This document shows, one piece after another, positions 19,048-27,070 of a stretch of DNA of 64,000 nucleotides. The notes beneath the pieces were generated by a model that saw only the letters and a program-made list of their open reading frames with translations, had not been told where the DNA came from and did not search any database. The position numbers and the translations under genes were made by a program. The stretch is taken from the NCBI GenBank assembly GCA_003345545.1, contig PRDH01000026.1, forward strand, positions 86,944-150,943, given 5' to 3'. Positions within the stretch are counted from its first letter, which is position 1. The number at the start of each line of letters is the position of its first letter. Origin of the DNA: Candidatus Thorarchaeota archaeon. GTDB lineage: Archaea > Asgardarchaeota > Thorarchaeia > Thorarchaeales > Thorarchaeaceae.

Positions 19048-19204
19048 CCACTCCCGATATGATAGGGAGTAGACCACTCTGTTACTTAAGACTATTCACT
19101 AATGGATTTCATTAGTTACTTCTGAATTGTTTCTTCACAATGTATATCAATGGTAATGGCAACTGGTTCTACACCTCATTTGGCATATTTAGGAGACATC
19201 ACAT

Positions 19205-19447
19205 ATGCCCAAGGCAGTAGTCTACACAGCACCTGAATGTCCACATTCCCGAAGACTGGTGGCTTTCCTTAAGCAGAACAAGATTGATTTCGAGGAGAGA
19301 TGCATTCTTGCGTCACCTGGAATCTTGGATGAGTTGAAGAGAGTCAGTGGTCAACTTGCCGTGCCCGTTACAGTAATCGGCGATGGTATCTTTCTTGGTT
19401 TTGACAGTCGTGTCGAAAGAAGAATTAAGCGACAAGTAGGAGTGTGA
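19205..19447 (+). CDS. Glutaredoxin/NrdH-like redoxin (CxxS)
   Basis: VYTAPECPHS, SGQLAVPV and GFD; GGAG RBS. Confidence 0.85.
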   Translation: MPKAVVYTAPECPHSRRLVAFLKQNKIDFEERCILASPGILDELKRVSGQLAVPVTVIGDGIFLGFDSRVERRIKRQVGV

Positions 19448-19451
19448 TCCG

Positions 19452-20381
19452 GTGTATGACCTAGTAATCATTGGTTCTGGTGTGACTGGATATGGCGCAG
19501 CAATGTATGCCGCTAGGCTTGATTTGAGCGTGGCAGTCATTGGTAATGTCGATGGTGGCACGATTACGCTCACTGACGATGTGGCGAACTTCCCGGGCTT
19601 CATCCAGCTCACCGGAAAGGAACTAGCAGAGAAGGTCAAAGCTCATGCGCTAGATTACCCAGTCTTCATCGAAACGGGTACTGTAACGGATGTCTTCAAG
19701 AGCAAGGAAAAGATCTTCTATGTCGTCACCGAGAACAAGTCGTTTCTGGCAAAGTCCCTCCTCTTTGCAACTGGAATGAAAGACCGGGAACTAGAAGTGC
19801 CAGGGCACAATGAGTTGAAAAACAAAGGAGTGAGTTACTGCGCTCTATGTGATGCACCCCTCTACAAGGACAAAGTTGTTGCTGTTGTTGGAGGCAGTGA
19901 TAGTGCAGTCAAGGATGCACTTCTGCTCGCCAAGTACTGCCCTACGGTCTACATCATCTATCGAAGTGAAAAGATACATCCTGAACCCATCAATGGTGCA
20001 CGAGTCATGAGAGAGCCCAGGATTGAGGTCATTACGAAAACTAACGTTGTCGAGATACTCGGCAGTAACAAAGTGACTGGCGTTAAACTTGATAATCCCC
20101 ATAACGGGTCGAACACTCTGAGTCTTGATGGAGTCTTTGTGGCAATCGGCGGTATTCCTTACTCAAGCCTTGCGGCTAAGCTGGGTGTCAAGCTCAATGC
20201 GAAAGGTGAGATTATGATTGACCGTTCAAGCAGGACTAATGTCGAAGGTGTGTTTGCCGCTGGTGATGTCGTCGACGGTGAATTCAAGCAGGCAATCACT
20301 GGTGTTGCTGAAGGCGTTAATGCAGCCTACCAGGCCTACAAGTACGTGAATGAGCATGAGTTCGTATTGGCCTGCAAATAG
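19452..20381 (+). CDS. trxB: Thioredoxin reductase
   Basis: IIGSGVTG, KGVSYCALCD, VVGGSDSA and FAAGD...KQAITGVAEG. Confidence 0.9.
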   Translation: MYDLVIIGSGVTGYGAAMYAARLDLSVAVIGNVDGGTITLTDDVANFPGFIQLTGKELAEKVKAHALDYPVFIETGTVTDVFKSKEKIFYVVTENKSFLAKSLLFATGMKDRELEVPGHNELKNKGVSYCALCDAPLYKDKVVAVVGGSDSAVKDALLLAKYCPTVYIIYRSEKIHPEPINGARVMREPRIEVITKTNVVEILGSNKVTGVKLDNPHNGSNTLSLDGVFVAIGGIPYSSLAAKLGVKLNAKGEIMIDRSSRTNVEGVFAAGDVVDGEFKQAITGVAEGVNAAYQAYKYVNEHEFVLACK

Positions 20382-20417
20382 CACACAGAAACTCATGATA
20401 CTGGCATCATCACTCTT

Positions 20418-20702
20418 TCAGGTCGCCTTCAATGCAATTCTCCACGGGTATAATTCTGCATGGAAAACTCCCGATTTGACTGCTGGATCATTCCTCATGA
20501 TTTCAAGAGCCTTGTCACGGGATGCCACTTCAATCATAACAAGACCAATCAAAACTTCTGAGAATCTCCCAGCCATAGTGAGGATTCCCTTCTTCAGAAG
20601 CTCCTTTAGATACTCAAAGTGCTCACTGACCCGTTCATCTGTTCCGGGACTTCCGTATTTGTCTGCAGGCCTAAGCACAACGACGAACGATTGAGTTTCC
20701 AT
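20418..20702 (-). CDS. YciI-family protein
   Basis: EHFEYLK, MAGRF and NDPAVKSG...YPW. Confidence 0.8.
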   Translation of the reverse strand: METQSFVVVLRPADKYGSPGTDERVSEHFEYLKELLKKGILTMAGRFSEVLIGLVMIEVASRDKALEIMRNDPAVKSGVFHAELYPWRIALKAT

Positions 20703-20738
20703 GTTAGAGCAAGTCACACCCCTCATCAATAAGTCCTT

Positions 20739-21401
20739 TTAATTGAGCTTATCTATTGCTTCGTAGAGTTTCTCAACGAACATCTCAGGTGGTGTCAGCC
20801 CTTCGACAATCACAGTGTCGTTGAGGACTGTTTTAGGCACTCCGAATACTTCGAATTTGGCTGCATCTTCCTGCATTTCGAGCGACTCATACATTTCAGA
20901 GTCGATGAGTGGATTGAGTATGGCTGCCTGGTGAGCGAGCCTAGTCATACCTGGACAGTACGGGCATTGAGGAGTAACAAAGACGCGAATGAGAATTGGT
21001 TCGTCTATTGCACGAATATCCTCGATTACGTCCGGTGGGAGTGGAACTGCTCCATTCGATACATCAATGATATCTCCGATTAGCGCTCCAAACTCGTGGC
21101 CAGCTGGAATCCCGTAGAATTTTATTTTGTACTTCTCCTTCCCGTGGAGTACTATGGCTGGATGTCGTTTGACTCCTAGTTTCTTGGCCAGATTGCTCTC
21201 AAGTGATCCCTGATGCTCCTCCACCCTAATCAAGTCAGATAGTTCAGCGACTAATCGAACTAAGTCGCGAGTATCATTGCAGTACAGGCATTTCTCGCCT
21301 TCAGTAAACAGATGAATAGTCACTTCATTAACAAGGTTCTCGAACATCTCTCTGACTTGCTCTCGAGTGGCTTCGTCCATTTCAACGACCATGTCAGTCA
21401 C
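20739..21401 (-). CDS. Protein disulfide oxidoreductase (PDO / AhpF-NTD-like, two thioredoxin folds)
   Basis: CLYC, GIPAGHEF, VTPQCPYCP and FGVP. Confidence 0.9.
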   Translation of the reverse strand: MTDMVVEMDEATREQVREMFENLVNEVTIHLFTEGEKCLYCNDTRDLVRLVAELSDLIRVEEHQGSLESNLAKKLGVKRHPAIVLHGKEKYKIKFYGIPAGHEFGALIGDIIDVSNGAVPLPPDVIEDIRAIDEPILIRVFVTPQCPYCPGMTRLAHQAAILNPLIDSEMYESLEMQEDAAKFEVFGVPKTVLNDTVIVEGLTPPEMFVEKLYEAIDKLN

Positions 21402-21535
21402 ATCCTAATCTGGAGTCTTGCAGGTTTTAATACATTCCCTTTGCCAGCCCATCTGTAGCATGAGCGTTCGCAGACTCGATCATGTTGCATGATGGAATCC
21501 ATCCTGAGCTCTCTGACTACAACATAACGAATGTT

Positions 21536-22609
21536 CTAGATCCACTTGATTCTACGATCATGAATCAACTCCTCAAGTGCTGCTGGTATCTCCTCGGAGT
21601 CCTCAAGATTAGCCTTTGCATGAATCACCGTATCCTTGGCAATGCTGACGTCTTCGAGCTGCTTGCATTTGAAGAGCGGAGTTATATTGATCTCTTTGAA
21701 GTTATTCTCCTGCGGGTGGTCACTGTAAAGATATAGCTCAGCTATCTCCTTGCATTTCGATAATGGTGTGAGGTCAATTGCGCTGAGCTGGTTGCCTGCA
21801 ATATCAAGCGCTGTGAGCTTCTTGGCCTTCGCAAGTGGTGACAAGTCAAGAAGGCTGATTTCATTCATCGCAAGATCCAGCCGGCGTAACTGAGTACAAG
21901 CAGCGAGTGAACCCAGATCAATGATTCTAATCCTGTTTCCGCCCAATCTAAGAATGCGGATATCGAGGCAATTCTCAAGGGGCTTCAGATCAACCGATTC
22001 CAATTCATTGTGGTGCAGATACAGGAATTTCATGTTAGTGCAACTTGCAAGCGGAGAGAGATTCAAGTGTGATAGCGAGTTATACATGAGATTCAGTTGC
22101 TGCAATCCTGTGCACCCCGCCAAGCCGGAAATATCAAGAACCCTAAACTGATTATTCTCAATTTCAAGACTTGCAAGTGCCTTGCATGACGCAAGAGGTG
22201 AGAGGTCCAAGTGTGTAAGTCGATTCCCCAAGAGACGCAGCCTTGTGAGGTACTTGCATTTAGATAACGGTCCTAGGTCAATCTCTGCCAGGTTGTTTGA
22301 ACCTAGATGGAGCTCCTTTAGATTCACGACATTGGCGAGATGTTTCAGTTCTATCGAGGTGAGGGAGTTCTTGAAGAGACTCAGATTCATAAGATTAGGT
22401 AATCTGGCGAGGGGACTGAGGTCTACGTCAGATATCGCGTTGTTTTCAAGTTGGAGATCCCGAAGATTATCTAGCCCTTTCAGAGACTCGAGGCGAATGG
22501 TGGCAATACCTCGACGAGAGAGATCAAGTGCTGAGATTGTGACATCATCCACCTCGTATCTACACTCTTTGTTCTCTTTGTCCACGTACTCAACAATAAC
22601 GTCTTCCAT
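21536..22609 (-). CDS. Leucine-rich repeat protein
   Basis: About 11-12 regular 24-aa repeats LxxLxLxxNxLxxIDLxPLxxCxx; no signal peptide; start placed at ATG 22609. Confidence 0.92.
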   Translation of the reverse strand: MEDVIVEYVDKENKECRYEVDDVTISALDLSRRGIATIRLESLKGLDNLRDLQLENNAISDVDLSPLARLPNLMNLSLFKNSLTSIELKHLANVVNLKELHLGSNNLAEIDLGPLSKCKYLTRLRLLGNRLTHLDLSPLASCKALASLEIENNQFRVLDISGLAGCTGLQQLNLMYNSLSHLNLSPLASCTNMKFLYLHHNELESVDLKPLENCLDIRILRLGGNRIRIIDLGSLAACTQLRRLDLAMNEISLLDLSPLAKAKKLTALDIAGNQLSAIDLTPLSKCKEIAELYLYSDHPQENNFKEINITPLFKCKQLEDVSIAKDTVIHAKANLEDSEEIPAALEELIHDRRIKWI

Positions 22610-22754
22610 ATTCTCTTCTCCGTCAGTCAGAGTCTGATTTGCAGAACATTCGAACAATTCATGTATTCAATGTTGCTGAAACAACACCTTGATCCATTCA
22701 ATGCTGGGTAAAGGCTTAATGGCCATGCTGATGATGAAGGCACAGCGACCTGAG

Positions 22755-23288
22755 ATGAATTCAGACCTTCACGCACAGATGAGGACCAGCGATTATTATA
22801 TATTGTCAGTAACGGGACTGCTCTTTCTCTTCCAGCTCCTGCTCCTTTTCTTCTTTTTCAATGCGGGGCTCAATGTCATACTTCTGGGAGTAGGCTGGAT
22901 TCTCCTCATCCCTACTTTTCTTCTGCTTACACTCTCGGCGAACATTCTGCGTAGATACGGAAATGCAGTCGAAGGAAAATCCCGGTTCCATACCACATCC
23001 CTTGTGAATCGTGGCGCCTATGCAATCATTCGGCATCCGCTCTACTTGGGATGGATTATGATGTCTCTTGCCCTGGTGTTAGTATCCCAGTACTGGCTAA
23101 GCGCCTTCTTCTCGGGAATCATGATCCCATTAGTCCTGACAGAGATTCAGCGCGAGGACAAATTCAACGAGATCAAATTCGGACAGGAGTATTGCCAGTA
23201 TCAACAGGATATTCCTATGTTGAATGTATTCGCCGGTCTATGGAGATACTATGCGAGAAGAGAACGTCGTCAGCCCCTGCAGAGTTAG
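22755..23288 (+). CDS. Isoprenylcysteine carboxyl methyltransferase / PEMT-family membrane methyltransferase
   Basis: LVNRGAYAIIRHPLYLG and ED..NEIKFGQEYCQYQQ..P; start uncertain. Confidence 0.8.
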   Translation: MNSDLHAQMRTSDYYILSVTGLLFLFQLLLLFFFFNAGLNVILLGVGWILLIPTFLLLTLSANILRRYGNAVEGKSRFHTTSLVNRGAYAIIRHPLYLGWIMMSLALVLVSQYWLSAFFSGIMIPLVLTEIQREDKFNEIKFGQEYCQYQQDIPMLNVFAGLWRYYARRERRQPLQS

Positions 23289-23411
23289 GCTGTCCGTTTC
23301 TCATATTATCTGCAATGGTGCTGTCCAAAATCAAAAGAGTATTCGCCAGAAGAGTATGCTTTTTAACAGGTTTCCAATGAGCGGCGGCAATCTACGAAGG
23401 AGATTGGACTC

Positions 23412-23777
23412 TTGAATAAGAAGACGCTTGGCATCCTGCTTATGACATCGCCGTACACCTTTCAAAACAGCCACACTTTCTATGATCTGTGCAAGGCAAC
23501 GCTTGAGAGAGGTTATGGCGTGAAGGTCTTCCTTTTCGTAGATGGTGTCAATAATGCGAAACTGAAACAGGAGCCTGACCCCGATAGACCAATGAATGAC
23601 AAGCTCCTGGAGCTAGCCAGCTCAGGAGTGGAGTTTCAGGCTTGCGGCCTCTGTACCTCAGCTCGTGGTTTTGATCAGAGAGGTGGCGACTTCGTGCAGG
23701 GCGTGGAAGTAACAGGCCTCACTGAGTTCGCCGAACAGGTCGGTCAGGTGGACCGATTCATCACTTTCTCATTATAG
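23412..23777 (+). CDS. dsrE: DsrE/TusD-like sulfur relay protein
   Basis: TSPY, VFLFVDGV and ACGLCTSARG (acceptor Cys region). Confidence 0.85.
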   Translation: MNKKTLGILLMTSPYTFQNSHTFYDLCKATLERGYGVKVFLFVDGVNNAKLKQEPDPDRPMNDKLLELASSGVEFQACGLCTSARGFDQRGGDFVQGVEVTGLTEFAEQVGQVDRFITFSL

Positions 23778-23788
23778 GAGGGACTAAC

Positions 23789-24139
23789 ATGGATTTCGTA
23801 GAAAAGAGAGTGCTGGTTCTCATCACTAGTAAACCGTTCGGGAAGATTATTGCAGCGGAGGGCTGGCGAGCAGCAGTGGGTATGTTCGGCATGGACCATC
23901 AGTCACAGTTGCTCTTCATTGGTGATGGTGTGTACGGCCTCGTCAAGGATCAGGATATTCAACCAATTAGAATGTTCAAGTCGACATTCGAGAGCTTTGA
24001 CGGACACATCTATGCAAGCAAGAAGTCACTAGACGAACGGGACATCAATGCAAGTGAGGTCTTTGATGAAGTCGAGGTACTTGACGACGAAGGGGTTGCG
24101 AGGACATTTATTGAGAATGAAGTCATCATAACGTTCTGA
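23789..24139 (+). CDS. dsrF: DsrF/TusC-like sulfur relay protein
   Basis: SKPFG, LFIGDGVYGLVKDQ and SLDER; position in the operon. Confidence 0.82.
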   Translation: MDFVEKRVLVLITSKPFGKIIAAEGWRAAVGMFGMDHQSQLLFIGDGVYGLVKDQDIQPIRMFKSTFESFDGHIYASKKSLDERDINASEVFDEVEVLDDEGVARTFIENEVIITF

Positions 24140-24152
24140 GGAGGAAGCAAAT

Positions 24153-24452
24153 GTGAAGTACATGATTCTGCTCTCGAATGAATGCATGAGTATCAAAGAG
24201 GTAGTCACGGGTCTGAAAAGCAGGAATATTGAGGTCGAACTGCTGCTCCTTCAGGACGGAGTGTATCTTGTAGACAAGGGAAACCCTGAATCCAAGGAGC
24301 TTAAGGAGCTTGGATTGAAAGTCCATGCACTCAAACATCATGTGGTTGAACGAGGAATTGCTAGTCGCTTGGCAGTCGATGTTGACCTTGTCGATTATCC
24401 TTCGGTCGTCGACCTTCTCATGGAGAAATCCGATAAGGTAATCTCCTTGTGA
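24153..24452 (+). CDS. dsrH: DsrH/TusB-like sulfur relay protein
   Basis: LLLQDGVY, HVVERGI and VDYPSVVDL. Confidence 0.82.
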   Translation: MKYMILLSNECMSIKEVVTGLKSRNIEVELLLLQDGVYLVDKGNPESKELKELGLKVHALKHHVVERGIASRLAVDVDLVDYPSVVDLLMEKSDKVISL

Positions 24453-24493
24453 TGCGGGACTTGATGATCACATATTTGGTTCCTTGGCTGTTT

Positions 24494-24901
24494 CTAGGCT
24501 CTTTTCCCAAGGACAATGAGAACTTGACCCAATAGGTCGCCTGGAAGAACAGAAGCTTTGATTCGAGAACTGAACATTGACATATCGGCAGTCCTTTCCT
24601 CGGAATACTTTTTCATTTCAGTGCTACCGATACAGGCCAATTCACCCATGCCATTAGAGCCGTAGAATGACCGAAAGACTACGTGGTACGCTGGAACCTT
24701 GATAGGCTTGATAGAGACTATCTTCGTTTCACCACCTTGATACGCCACTTTTTCTGATGCGATGACTGGCACCAATCTTGTTTTTGACCAGTCGAGTGCA
24801 ACTCTGGCTTCCTCTAGTCCCTCAACTGAAGTTCTCATTCTATCCATTCCGAGACTTCCAAGGTCTTGCCCGCAGCTAATGATATAGATTTTTTCTGACA
24901 A
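24494..24901 (-). CDS. DUF22-domain archaeal protein
   Basis: IKPIKVP...GMGEL...EERTAD...GDLLGQV pattern. Confidence 0.6.
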   Translation of the reverse strand: MSEKIYIISCGQDLGSLGMDRMRTSVEGLEEARVALDWSKTRLVPVIASEKVAYQGGETKIVSIKPIKVPAYHVVFRSFYGSNGMGELACIGSTEMKKYSEERTADMSMFSSRIKASVLPGDLLGQVLIVLGKRA

Positions 24902-25402
24902 TTCGTGCCACCCTGTTTTCAGCCGGCAATGTTACTTGTCCTTGTTTCGCAACGAGACCTCTGCCGCTTAAGTAGTTAACCAAACTGCCACATTGAATGA
25001 TAGTTTGACCACTTTCGGATTGTATGATTAAGAAGATCATGAACATAATCAATTCATGCACGTCAGAAAATTCAAGGCGACTTGTCCATTCGGGCACAAA
25101 GTGCCACGAGGAGCGCTATCCGAGCATTGTCAATATTTATTATGCTTTGATACGTGAAATATCTCAAGGCGATTTGGCCTTATCATGAAACTAACGATAA
25201 CTCTATCCGAGCTAGACTGGATGAATGCAGTTGGTCACAATGAGCTTGACTCTGTGAGCGACTGTAGCTTGTTCTCAGCAATTTCCTCCGCACGTGTAGG
25301 TGGATTGCTTGCCTTTGCAGAGTCAGAAGGGACTACATCCTCAAAGACATCTGCAACTGGCAAGGCGTTGATCGCTTTTGTTTCACGTCCGGAGGTGATT
25401 TA

Positions 25403-25549
25403 GTGGGCAGACATAATCACTCAAGTAGACACGAACACGAAAGGAAGAGAGGGCGACGTCATGACTCGAACCATTCTAGAGATGACTCGAGTAGTAGTCG
25501 ACTGAAGATCCTAGGCGACCAGCAAGGGCTTGGCTGGGCTGGGGCATAA
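25403..25549 (+). CDS. Putative 48-aa His/Arg/Ser-rich microprotein
   Basis: Perfect GGAGGTGA RBS (25391-98) then GTG; MGRHNHSSRHEHERKRGRRHDSNHSRDDSSSSRLKILGDQQGLGWAGA; below the ORF-track cutoff. Confidence 0.5.
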   Translation: MGRHNHSSRHEHERKRGRRHDSNHSRDDSSSSRLKILGDQQGLGWAGA

Positions 25550-25645
25550 TATATAGTCCAATTGGGCTGATGGGAACCAGTCTTTTCCCGAACGCTCTGT
25601 ATCTTGGGACTAGGAAAGAGACTGTGTTTCTTCTTATGAAAGGAC

Positions 25646-25686
25646 GCATGGGCTGCGGACCAAGCAGCCTGTGCCTCTCTTTTTCT
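25646..25686 (+). terminator. Hairpin plus pyrimidine tract
   Basis: GCATGGGCTGC-ggaccaa-GCAGCCTGTGC followed by CTCTCTTTTTCT. Confidence 0.6.
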
Positions 25687-25833
25687 CATCTCTTTTTATA
25701 ACCTTCACTGGGGCGTTTCGCTGATAATCAAGTTGCAAGGTTAATAACCGCTCATGACAATCTCTACACATAAGTGTGCACGAACTACTCCACGTGAGAG
25801 GGTTGAGAGATTGCCGAACTGGGAGCTGGAAAC

Positions 25834-26499
25834 TTGATGCTTCAGTCGATTTGGGACCAATTAGATGAGATATTTGGGCCGATTCTTCATCCGATATTTG
25901 ATCCGGTTTTCGCAGCGTTGCAGGACGCTTCTCTGAGATCAATGCTTCTTTCAGCAATCATTTGGTCATTCCTCGTTATTGGAGGGTTAGTCTTCTTAGT
26001 CTACGAGGGCCGTGTCTTTGTAGGTTTTGTCACCGGTTCTAAGATTGCGCCTCTTCCACCTGCAGTATCTTCAAAGAGCACTAGCAAAACAAGGACGCAG
26101 TCAGAGTCAGCAAGACTCCGTAAGACGAGCGCTGAGAAATCTAAGCAGGAGGGGCAGGAGCGTGAGAGCAAGGTTCAGGCGAGCGGTGTGAGAGTCAGTG
26201 CAAAGATGAAGAAAAGCAGAGAGGCCGTCTTGCTGACTGTCACGGTGCATAATGGAAGTGACTCGAAGATTGACATGGTTGTGGTAGACATCGATCTTCC
26301 CGCCGGAGTAGACGCCGCTATTGGATCCTTCAGAATGCAGCGCCTTGGGTCTATTCTCGCAGGACAATCCGAATCCAAGGAATTTCTCCTAAACGTTCGA
26401 GGGGGCGACCTGAGTCAGATCGGGGGTTATGTGGAGTTTCTTGGGGCATCATATGAAGTGTCAAAAATCCCCCTTCCAGCAATTGAGGTGGGAACCTAA
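25834..26499 (+). CDS. Single-TM protein with charged linker and C-terminal Ig-like beta-sandwich
   Basis: TM at about aa 38-58, S/K/E-rich linker, then LTVTVHNGS...LGSILAGQSESKEF...IGGYVEF. Confidence 0.72.
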   Translation: MMLQSIWDQLDEIFGPILHPIFDPVFAALQDASLRSMLLSAIIWSFLVIGGLVFLVYEGRVFVGFVTGSKIAPLPPAVSSKSTSKTRTQSESARLRKTSAEKSKQEGQERESKVQASGVRVSAKMKKSREAVLLTVTVHNGSDSKIDMVVVDIDLPAGVDAAIGSFRMQRLGSILAGQSESKEFLLNVRGGDLSQIGGYVEFLGASYEVSKIPLPAIEVGT

Positions 26500-27014
26500 T
26501 GAGTAGCCAGAATGAGGACCGTGTCCCTGAGAACAACTTCATTCCAGCCATACTTGGTTTCATCAACTTCGGAATTCTGCTCGCAATAGCAATGCCGCTC
26601 ATGAGCTATAGCACAGGACTCTGGGACTTCACTTTTGTGGCTGCTGGAGTCTATTTTGAACTGAAGTTCATCCGGTGTCTCAGCAGAGCGCATGAGCAGC
26701 CTCTGACCCGAGTGAGTCCACGCAACCGTAACTCCATTCCGAAAGAGGGCATCTATGCAAGAATCAGGCATCCAGTCGCCGCGGGAGCCATCTATCTGAA
26801 TATTGCCTTGTTGTTCTTCTTCAGGTCATTGTACTTGATTCCAATCGTACCCGTCTTTGGAGCCATGTGGTATCTCTATGCTAAATACGATGAAGACATC
26901 ATGCTCGAACGATTCGGCGATGAGTACAGGGAGTACATGCGTGGTACGAGCATGTTTCGCGGGGCGGGTTTTGATCAGCAGCGCCTTGCGTCTTCAGGTT
27001 ACGACATGTACTAG
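26499..27014 (+). CDS. ICMT/PEMT-family membrane methyltransferase
   Basis: GIYARIRHP and DEDIMLERFGDEYREY; TAATG coupling to the upstream gene. Confidence 0.78.
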   Translation: MSSQNEDRVPENNFIPAILGFINFGILLAIAMPLMSYSTGLWDFTFVAAGVYFELKFIRCLSRAHEQPLTRVSPRNRNSIPKEGIYARIRHPVAAGAIYLNIALLFFFRSLYLIPIVPVFGAMWYLYAKYDEDIMLERFGDEYREYMRGTSMFRGAGFDQQRLASSGYDMY

Positions 27015-27070
27015 TGAGCAGGACTAGGCCTATTCTGTTCGGTCTCAGCGCATGCTTCGATTGATACTCA

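Noticed and set aside
25185-25403. 72-aa ORF as a RiPP precursor or independent protein
   Set aside because: No modifying enzymes nearby, no RBS, and it overlaps strong RNA stems. Considered only as a possible regulatory uORF.
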